Below, in pieces: positions 53,757 to 64,000 of a DNA stretch of 64,000 nt. Source of the stretch: Adineta vaga (Eukaryota; Animalia; Rotifera); NCBI GenBank assembly GCA_021613535.1, contig CP075495.1, forward strand, positions 8,928,001 to 8,992,000, read 5' to 3'. Within the stretch, counting starts at the first letter, position 1. Every line of letters begins with the position of its first letter. The translations under genes were made by a program, and so were the position numbers. Under the pieces are notes generated by a model. The model was not told where the DNA came from. It ran no database searches and saw only the letters and a list, made by a program, of their open reading frames with translations.

Positions 53757-56495
53757 TCATCTTGATGAAGTATTAAATTGAGTAAAATAAGCAGCTGTTG
53801 GTTGATTTGTATAAACAACTCGATCAAGATATGCTTTTAAATTCTGTTGTTCATTGGATAAACGTTGGTTATCGTAATAAAGTTCGTGTTGATTTGTACG
53901 CCGTTCACGTTCAAGTTGTTTTTCAGCAATCATTCCAGCTTTAGCTTCAGCTATACGTCGTTGATCCCATTCCTGATCACGTTGTCGTTCTTCTTCATCA
54001 CGACGCTAAAACAGAGAGAACCTTTATGAATTGAAATTCATTGAGGAAAAATCAAATCTTTACTTTTTTCTCTTCAAGTTGTCTTTGTTGTTCTTCACGT
54101 ACACGACGTAATTGATCTTCATTCATACCTTTCCATCGATCTGGAACAACACGATGTGGTCCAAATTGACTGATAGCTTGATCAGGATTTTCCGATAATA
54201 AATCACTTGTAACCATATTCGTCATTTCTGCATAGTTATCATAATCTTCTTGACGTTTTTTCAGTGCTCGGCGTTCTTGACTTTCTCGAAACTAAGAAAG
54301 AACGAAAACAAACAAAAGTTTTTTCTTCTATATCAAATAGTAATTATCATTAGTTTATCTTTTGACAAAATAGAAATTATCATTACGTTTTCTTTCTCTT
54401 CCGTTTTCTTTCAGTATTCATCATTATTTGCAAGTATTAGAACATTCGTGACATTAATGAAAGGTTTTTTAATCAATGTCTGACAGTAAATAACAAAGAT
54501 TTAACGCCCAAACTATATTTCCTCGTAAATATTAAACGTCTGCTTTGTTTTGTTAGATCGTATGATGAAGAATAGGTAAGCTTTCTATTCGAAATCGAGA
54601 TTAGAAACATGAATCGAACCGATTTTGTGTTATTTTTTTTGAAAATCATCTATTTTGCTTTTCATAAAATAGATCGTGAAGCAAGTTTGATTAGTCTTAA
54701 GGATAGAACTAATAACATAGTGTTCGTTAGGTACAATAGAACGGTTTTCTATCATGATGAAAATCTAAGAAATTATTGTTCACTAGTGAACAGATTTGTT
54801 ATAGTTTCTTTTAACTTTTCGAATAGATTTTCTCGAATTTATACTCTAAAATACAAGCTACTTCAAGTCGATTGCAATCATAGAAATCAATGTGTGTCCT
54901 CTCTAGTGTACTTGAATTCGATCTCAATAGTACAATCAAATGTTTAGAAAGAAAATTGACTCTAATCAGTTATTATTGATTTCTCGTTAGCTGAATGTTA
55001 GTTTTAATCATGTGTATTTTGAAAAGAAAATTCAATCTCTCACCTAAATCATTTTATTAAGACTATGCAATGTAATAGTTAATTACTTAATGTCAATCTG
55101 TCTACTATTGTGATAATAAAAAAATAGAATATGTTTTTGGTTAGTAATCCTTATTTATTGTATTCATAGAAATAACTAGAATGAAAAATAGCTGTCACTG
55201 AGTGCTACATATGTTACTATCTATTAGTTTATCGAAAATATCCCCTCGAGATAGTGAACATAAGTATGACATTGAATGCTCTCGTATTATCTGGAAGTAA
55301 ATAAATAGTATGACTATTTTCAAAAAATCTCTTATGGTATAGCCTTGTTACATATTATTTCGATTTTTTTCTATGATTACGGACGAATAAAAATGAACTG
55401 GGTAAGTTTTGATGATAATTAATACGTTCCTTTTCCGTTGTAATTCTCCTGTAGTGGAACTAATTATTAGTTTGATTTTGTACGTTTTAAGAAGGTTACA
55501 TTAGTCTTAATTACAGAAGTTATCGTGCTAGACTTTGTTGTTTTCTAAATGAATAGGTACGATAGACCTTAAGTTTAGTTATTTAAAGTAAAATACGTAG
55601 GTTTTATGATCCTTATTAGTTTCCGGAACAAATCTTCTCTGTAACTTACTAATGCATCATTGTAATTTCGAATCGATTTATTAACATCTCTTCGACATTG
55701 TTCTTCCGCACGTTGAAGTTCAATAGCTCGTTGATCCAATTCAATTTGTTTAGCATGAAATAATTGATCAGCTGCATGTTGTTGTTGTTGGGCACGACGT
55801 TGATCTTCTTGTTGCATACGTGACCATTCGCGTAATTGTTCTTTTTGATATTGAGCACGTGCATTTGAATTAAGATCTTCACCTTGAAATTTTTGTAAAC
55901 TAGCTAAACCACAACGTGGATCATCATCGGAGACACGTGCTGGAACATCTTTTTTCAAAAAATCTGGATCATTTAAATCCCATTCACCTACAAGAGAAAA
56001 ATGACTTTTCTTTTCTTAAGTTTTTATTTTCTAGAATTTCTTACGTTGAGCATTTGGTTGTTGATGTAAAGCACGAAATTCATTTAATGCTCGATTATTT
56101 TCTCTTTCATCATTTTCTTGACGACGTTGAAGTAATTGAGCAATTGAATCATTTCGAATTGCATCTTTAGCTAGAAGGATGAAATAAAAGAGATAGGTTT
56201 TTTTCCCCTCACCAATCAATTCATTAAAGATCAGTATTACCAAAAGCAGATGCTCGTTTGTGTTCTAATTCTTCCATCCATTGTCGATCTTGTATTTGTT
56301 GATCTAATGTATTTTTATCAATCTATACAAATCAATTTTAAATAAGAAAGATTCTTTTTTTTTCATGTTTCTTCTAACCCCAATCTGACGATATTTCGAA
56401 TTGAATATTCGTCCTTGACGTTCTTCTTCTGCACGACGACGTCGTTCAATCGCAGCTTTTTCTTTCAGATCGATGGGTAGATCGAGTTTATACAT
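53757..56495 (-). CDS. RIBC2: RIB43A-like ciliary microtubule inner protein, multi-exon with one ~1.35 kb intron
   Basis: Contains [71 protein letters not shown] and the terminus [14 protein letters not shown]. Confidence 0.92.
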
Positions 56496-56594
56496 GTCTA
56501 ATTTCGATAAATGAATGAAAGAATGTTGTGTGTATTCAAATTTTTTTTCTTATGTTAAAAACATAACAAAATATGTCTACCATTGATGTTTCAT

Positions 56595-56608
56595 ATTACC
56601 ATGGTAAT
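56595..56608. promoter_or_regulatory. RFX X-box-like palindrome upstream of RIB43A
   Basis: Perfect 14-bp palindrome ATTACCATGGTAAT, 100 bp upstream of the ATG of a ciliary gene. It resembles the X-box GTTNCCATGGNAAC. Confidence 0.6.
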
Positions 56609-58762
56609 GAATAGAAAAGAAAAATGTGTGAATCAACGAAAGTCCTCGATTACTTTTTTTTCTCTTGAGCTGTTCAGCGACCTCTGCCATAAGTTGAAAA
56701 ATTGAATAATTTCATTCTTTTTTACAGAGCTTATCGATCGTATGTAAAAAAAAGATAATAAAATGAACGCCGTTTGTTCATTGTCTGTCATATGTGTAGG
56801 GAGATAATCGAATTTTATGCATGCTACAATGATCTAATGGAAAGTATCATAGTTCTACGAACATGAAATAATATAACCGCATCAAATATGATAAACAGTT
56901 TTCTATAGAGCTTGAACTATTGTCAGTATCATGTCGTAAGTGATGTTTATGAGAAATGAACAATGAATAAACGATTTCTGTTTTTTAGTCTAATAAATCT
57001 ATTCATGTAATGAAATGATTCATTTCCTTTTTGTTAATATGCAAGTTCAAGAGAATGAGATATTTTGAAGTAGTCGGAAGTATAATTTGCATATTTGGAT
57101 ATAATTTCTTTGTACTTTATAGAGAAAATCTCGTCCTGTGAGACAAAAGAAAAATAAAGTATGACTAAAATCTTCAGTCTTTTTGATTTAGACTGATCAA
57201 GATGAAAGTAAATGAAGACTATATACCCCTGATGAATAGGCATTTCCTTTTCTTTTGCTAAATACTATGAAAGAAATTTCTCATGAGCCTTGTGGGTGAT
57301 AAAGTATTATTGTTACAAATGAATTAATACTTCACTTTGGTGGCGTTTTGTTTAGTGCTTATAAATCAATAGACTATATTAATATGGATAAAGTACGTCT
57401 GATGTTTATAAGTGAAAATAACAAAATAGGTAAGAAGATTTGATTAAGTATATAGTTCAATGTCGGGCAACCAATTTGTACTGTATGTTCGTTTCTTATA
57501 ATCAAAATTCACATTTGTCACGATAGATTTTTGTTTCCTTTTATATTACATTAATTTCCAATATTTATACACTCTATTAGTTAGTGGATTTCTTTCTGTG
57601 AAAAGTTTGACATCTTTATACCAAGTCTTTCAATATATATATATATATTTCTTCGAGCGATGTATAAGCTATTCATGTCTTTATAAAGACATCTAAAAGA
57701 GAATTAATATAACATGTTGTTAATTATCTCATAAAGTTCGTTAAAGAATTATTATCTTTCATTCGGAAATTATTCATTCGTTTGATGTCCAAGGTCATTG
57801 AGATATTTCTGTTTACTTATAAGCAATTTATTAGAAAAGATAATAAGGAATGGAATTTTATCTCGTAAGCATTTGACGCTATTTCGATCAACCATTGATC
57901 GTAAATAACTAAAACGAACTTAACCCTTGTTAAATCGAACGTGTCTTTCTTTCTACGTGATATATTTGAAAGTATACAATAATTTCCACTTGAATAGAAT
58001 AGATGTTTAATAAGTTTGTAAAGTAAAGATATTTCGGACAAAAAGAAAGCATATCCGTAAGAGAATATGTTCGATACTTGAAGATCGATAGTTATTTGTT
58101 GTAACATCACATATTATTGATTCTGATTGATTGAAAATTGAACGCGAAAAAGAAAACAAAACTAACAAAGGAAATGAAAGTACTTGAATATGTCACAATA
58201 CACATTTCCGCACAATTGCTCTCTTTTTTTTTCTTCTTCGCATATATGAGAAAAATACAGAAAAGATTCCCTCTGAACAAACTATTTGTATCGATGTGAA
58301 CTTTACTGATTCTGAAGAAGAGGAAAGTGGCGACTCATTCTTCTTCTCTTGTTTTATTCCTTCTTTTCGAGTACGTTTACATAGTTTATGACGTTATTTT
58401 TCTCTGTGATCAATGATTCGATTGATAGTAAATATGAATCGATGTATTGATTATATGTTTCTTGTTGTTTTAGTATAAATAATATATAAAGATACTTTTT
58501 CTTTCTATTAACCATCATTGAAAATTCTTATCGAAACAACATAAACGATATATTTCTATTAGAAGAAAACGAATGTCATCTTTTTCTAAGTATTATTATG
58601 AATATTCGATAAGATTATTCGTTCAATTGATCAAAGATTGGAATAACAAAACATGTAACAACGTCTATAATAACGAATAACTCAATTAATCGGGTCTATC
58701 CCGTTTGAGTTGTTCTTCTTATCATTCTATACATTGATCATATTCTCCGCACATACAATAAC

Positions 58763-60954
58763 ATGTTTTATTTTCAAATCGAATCTATTTTTCTATTCAT
58801 ATCTTATTATCTATCAGGTAAAAGACTAAAATAGAAATTCTCTTTTGTTTTTATAAATTCCACAAATTTAGGAATATTCATGTGTGATGTTGAAATGAAT
58901 TTAACTCGAGTTTTATTAAATCCAATTCTTTATGATAAATCAGTACGACCTGCACGTACTCATACAGATGTAACAAATATTTCATTTGATTTATCACTTG
59001 CTCAATTAATTGATGTTGATGAAAAAAATCAGATTATTACAACAAATCAATGGTTAACTATGGTATGATTTATCTTCAATATCCAAGGGGAAAAAATACA
59101 TTTTCTTTCTTTGTCGATTTCCTTAGACTTGGCTTGATCCAAAATTAACTTGGAATCCATCAGAATGGGACAATGTCAGTTTACTTCATATTAAATATGA
59201 TAAAGTTTGGTTACCTGATATTGTTCTATACAATGTAAGTAAAACGGAAATTTTCAGAAAATAAGACGTACTTTATTGACTTTTAGAATGCTGATAATCT
59301 CGCATCATTAAGTCAAATATCCACGAATGTTATGGTATCTTTCGATGGTACTATTACATGGTTATCTACTGGTATTTTTCGAAGTTCATGTGCTGTTGAT
59401 GTTCGTTACTTTCCTTTTGGTAAGATAAAAACCTATTTGTTTGCTTGTTTTTTTAATCTATTGATATGTAGATGAACAGAATTGTTCATTGAAATTTGCA
59501 TCATGGACATATGATAGTGCTCGTATCGATTTATCACAAAAGACAAATATTGGAGATTTGAGTAATTTTATGGCAAATTCAGGTGAAGATTCTCTTTCTT
59601 TCATGATAAGTGTGTATTTGTCTTCTTTTTTTTTAATTAGAATGGGAAATTGTTAAATTACATGTGAAAAAAAATGTTGTCACATATTCTTGTTGTATGT
59701 AAAGAAAAAAAGTGATGATTGATATGAAATTGATGGATATTTCTATTTTATGGAAATACTAGGTCCAGAAAGTTTTCCTGATTTAACTTATATTGTACAA
59801 ATGCGTCGTCGTCCGTTATTTTACGTATTTAATATGATTCTCCCATGTTTTCTTATCACAACTGTTGCTTTTCTTGGATTTTGTGTGCCATCCGATAGCG
59901 GTTAGTGACATTTTTCGAATCAAATATGATGTAAACATTTATACATAATGTATTATTTGATTATTATTAGGCGAAAAAGTATCGATTGGTGTAACCACTC
60001 TTCTTTCAATGACAGTATTTCTAATGCTTGTTACCGATAGTATGCCACCAAATTCTGAATCTTTACCATTAATAGGTATGTGAAGAGAAAGACGATGAAA
60101 GTTAATTTACATACAATTTTAGGTATTTATTATTTTTCTGCAATTATTATTGTTAGTATAGCAACAGCTATGTCTGTTGCATCTCTCAATCTCTATCATT
60201 ATGGTAAAACGTATCGTCATCCGGTTCCGAAATGGACTGCTCGATTATTTTTTATAATCATTCCTAAATTACTTTTTATGAACATCGAGTTACCTATGAA
60301 CTGGCAAGATCGTCGTAATAGTCTTCTTCAATGCATGGTAATCATCCAATGTTTTTCTTCTTTTTTCTTTTGAACTTCTTGAATTCATTCTTTTAGTCCT
60401 CAACGAAATTTCCATTAAAACCTAAAACAAAGAAAAAACAAATCAAAACATTCAATAAAGCAACAATGAACAAACATGAATATACGAATAAAGCAACTGT
60501 AACACATAATGGTAAAATGACCTTATACGAAGATCCAATTGAACGTGAACCGACAACAGCAACAACATCATTAACATATTCAGATAATTTTCAGCCCTTT
60601 GAATTTCTTTCATCTCCACCATTAATACTTCGGTCATATACATCATTTCAAACATCAACCAATTCAACAACAAAACAAAAACAAAAATATCCGGAAAAAG
60701 AAACCTTCAATAATCTAACTGAATCAACGAATAAATCGACAAATAATCTCATACAATCTGCTGATTATATTCATCGACTTGTTGAACAAAATGAACGTCG
60801 ATATGAACAACAAGAACATAATTCAGCCATTGAACATGAATGGCAAATTTTAAGTCGAGTTGTTGATCGTTTACTTGTTTTTGTATTTTTAATTAGTAAT
60901 ATTCTTGTTTTTTATATTATTTTTCGTCAAGCACCACATTTAAGATTAAAATAA
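58763..60954 (+). CDS. Nicotinic acetylcholine receptor alpha subunit (alpha7/9/10-like, cation type), multi-exon
   Basis: Contains [29 protein letters not shown], Cys-loop [18 protein letters not shown], vicinal YSCC (split by an intron), M2 [17 protein letters not shown] and M4 [11 protein letters not shown]. Confidence 0.93.
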
Positions 60955-63265
60955 ATGAAAAACAACAAAGTTATACAGAAGAAACAAATTTTTATCTTCT
61001 TATTATTATCTTTCTAGATGCATGTATAAATATCTCATCATGATAAATCTGAAAACTAAATCCTTTTTCTTATCATTCTTTAAAAATAATTCTGCATCAT
61101 ATAATCTCTAGTCTTTGTCAATATATTTTTGTAATAATCGAAGTCAGAAAAGTTCTTATGAAAAACAAATTAAGAAATACATTCGTTTTATTATCAATAG
61201 AGGAAATAGAATCTCATTAAAAAGAAAAAGAACTTCATTAGTTAAAAGGAAATAAAAGACTTCAGTGTAAAGGAAAGATGAGTTTTTTCTATTGTTCAAA
61301 ATTAACAAGTAAATTTGTTTGATAAATTTCATGTAGAAACTAATGTTATTCTAGTTTTATAATAATGTAATATGTTTATCGATAAGAGCTCATTTCATAC
61401 AACTATAAATTATTAATCAAATTGTAATTTGTTTCTGCACTGAGGATGTTCTTTTTTTTTGGGATTCAATAATGGAAAGAAAAAAAACCTATCGTAGAGG
61501 AAACGTGTACGGAATCGAGATAGAGATAATTCGTACCTGCGATTATCTAAATTATAGAAATAAAAAAAAATGAAAATGACGAAGAATACGTTCATAAAAC
61601 TACTTCATGATAGTAGGATTATTTCTTGACGGCTAAATCTTGTTACATAATAATTATTAAGCCGGAAGATCAGAAATATATAATTGAAGATGATCGTACT
61701 GTTTATATATATATGAAAGTTAAAAAATAATCTAGAATAGTATGTAAATTTCCTGTAATTATTCATGTTTATAAAATAGAAATCTCAAAGAAAATATTTG
61801 ATCGACTTCTCTCTTTCTATTCATATATATATATATATTTCAAATGATCATCAAAATTTATCATTCACCGATCCAATGATCAACAACTAAGTTATTTTGT
61901 TGTTTCTTATAAACTAGGTAATGAATAAAATAAATCTTTTTTTCACTACTTTTCATCATCGAGTACGGACATATATGTCAATTACACTTTGAAATCTATT
62001 AAATTTAATCAATTATTCGACTTCCGGAAAATAAATTTCTTTTTGTTTGCATGAAAGAAAAAGAGCGCAGTTTTTGTCATCAATAAAGCTCAAAAAATGT
62101 CCTCAATGTCAATATTGACTGGGAAAGAGTATCGTGATATTAGTCATGAGAACTTTTTCAATCATTTAATCTACATCACCTAGAATAGACTATTCTTCAT
62201 CAGAGAAATGAATGACTTGATTATTTTTGATCAGTCTCATCTCCATAGAATATTCATATGTGTATAGTTGTCTTTCAACGTCACGTTAGCACATTTATTG
62301 TCTCAGAAGATTTTCAAACCCATAGAGTAAAGAAAAAAAGGATTCTTTCAATTTATAGATTATTTCAACTAGTTCTATGTCATGAAACTAAACCAAGCAA
62401 GTAATCAACTAATAATTTACATACAATTTTTTTCTTTTAATATACTCCTGATTCATATTTATGCTATATGTTATCAGATTAAAATCATGCAGAAGTAATC
62501 ATTCATGCTTAAAGATATCATCCCTTTTCCTATCATAGTAAATTAAATATTTCAGTTTCTATTCTATAAATTACAATTTTGTGGATTCGAATTCATGACA
62601 TCCAAATATTGATAAGCACACTTAATGTATGTCTAACCTTTGACTACATACATTTTCTCCAAGGTAATCTAAACATGCGTGTATACATAGACAAATATAT
62701 TATTAATTATTTACTCCCACATATATAATGAAATCAATGTATAGTTTAATTAAAGTGCATATCAAAATAATCTATTTTTCTTCGAAGATTAGTGAAACCA
62801 AAAGCTTAAAATATTAACTAAATGAAATCATATTCAGGTACAAGTTTTCTCAAATACGAGACGATACTATAAAAAGAAAACAAATCCGTATTGTTAGATG
62901 ACTAAAAATACGATTATATTTAGAAAGGCTTATCTTATGATTCACTCGAATAACTATTGCTTATTCTACAATGAAATAAAATACATCATATCTAAAAAAA
63001 TCTTTTTTTATCATTTCAACCAGTCTTTCAACAGACTTCTATTTAACAATGAGAAAAAAAAACAAAAATAAATTTCATTCTTTAACAGATCATGTATAGC
63101 AAAACGCAATATACAGCATTGGTATAGAGATCTAATACTAATACAAATAACAACAAAACCACAGAGGACAAGAAAAACACATCGCATTTGTTTTCTTTTT
63201 TCACAGAGAAACTTTTTGATAACGAAAAGAAAGAAATGAAACATCACCAAGATCGTTTGGACATT

Positions 63266-63268
<3 letters not shown>

Positions 63269-63298
<30 letters not shown>
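63269..63298 (+). repeat. (GA)15 microsatellite just 3' of the GPCR stop
   Basis: Directly visible dinucleotide run. Confidence 0.9.
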
Positions 63299-63303
<5 letters not shown>

Positions 63304-63325
63304 GAAAGTAGATATATAGATATAT

Positions 63326-64000
63326 CTAATATCCTGTTGATCCATCACCGTCCACTGTTGATAGAGTTGCTCGAATAGGATTTGTTCGTTCTAGTGCATA
63401 TTCATTAAGTCGACTATTACTCGAACCATTTGCTATACTAATTTGTGCTTGAAGAAACGGTCGGATTTCATGTGAAGATGATGGTCCACTCATTGCACGA
63501 TTTATTCCATGTTTTGGTTTGTCATTTCTATGTAGAAGTTTCTTTATTTCACGTCGAAATATTGATGAAGATGCAAAACAAAAGACAAATGATGCTGCAT
63601 AATATGTATTAATTAAACATTGGAATATGCCAACTTTAATCATAAATGATTTGTATATACTTGGTGTTTCAACTCCACGTTCTGGATCAAATAAAAGTGC
63701 AATGAATATTTGAGCAGGTGCTACCATAGCTAAGAAGCCAATATTCGATGTTAATAACATAGTCGTTACACGTCGTGTTCGACTTTTCGATCGAGATTTT
63801 AGATGTTCATTGCTTGTTGGATTGAGAAAAGATTTTTTAATAATAAATATATTCAATATTAATGTTAATATACATGGCTAGAAAAAGAAATTTGTTGGTT
63901 TTCAGAAAACGAAAATTATTTATTAATACTTACAACAATAATAATTGTAACTAATTCTTGCCAAGTATTTGTTGATGCAAAGAATCGATGAATAGCACTA
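63326..64000 (-). CDS. Class A (rhodopsin-like) peptide-type GPCR, 3' part only (TM5-TM7 and C-tail)
   Basis: TM6 RRVTTMLL..FLAMVAP and TM7/helix 8 YYAASFVFCFASSSIFRREIKKLL, then a Ser/Thr-rich tail. The gene runs off the window end. Confidence 0.75.

Noticed and set aside
1-64000. Horizontally acquired (non-metazoan) genes, CRISPR arrays, rRNA or tRNA genes
   Set aside because: All recognised genes are standard animal or eukaryotic families, nearly all with introns, and no repeat-spacer arrays or structured RNA genes were seen.

Overview
This is AT-rich, gene-dense eukaryotic (animal) genomic DNA with many short (~45-70 nt) GT-AG introns. That style is most consistent with a bdelloid rotifer, which is an inference from composition and intron style and was not verified. 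The ORF track shows only exon fragments, so I reassembled genes by hand across introns. About 20 protein-coding genes are recognisable, in order: NCS-family Ca2+ sensor, FAM184, STKLD1, TOM22, eIF3L, NPC1, Nck-like adaptor, SLBP, AP-3 mu, CREBL2, IMP3, FoxA, ADAD-like pseudo-deaminase, SURF4, PBDC1, KICS2/C12orf66, HR4/NR6A nuclear receptor, RIB43A/RIBC, an nAChR alpha subunit and a partial class A GPCR. I found no prokaryotic features, CRISPR arrays, RNA genes or intact transposons. Four observations stand out. (1) Two cargo-sorting genes, AP-3 mu and SURF4, each carry a tandem pair of homologous, phase-matched exons that look mutually exclusive; the AP-3 mu pair swaps the strand forming the YxxPhi tyrosine pocket. 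(2) Several same-strand genes are packed very tightly with apparently unpaired splice acceptors, suggesting SL trans-spliced operons. (3) The ADAD-like gene has lost its catalytic residues. (4) The conserved first FAM184 exon is missing from the window, so the NCS gene may be nested in a FAM184 intron.
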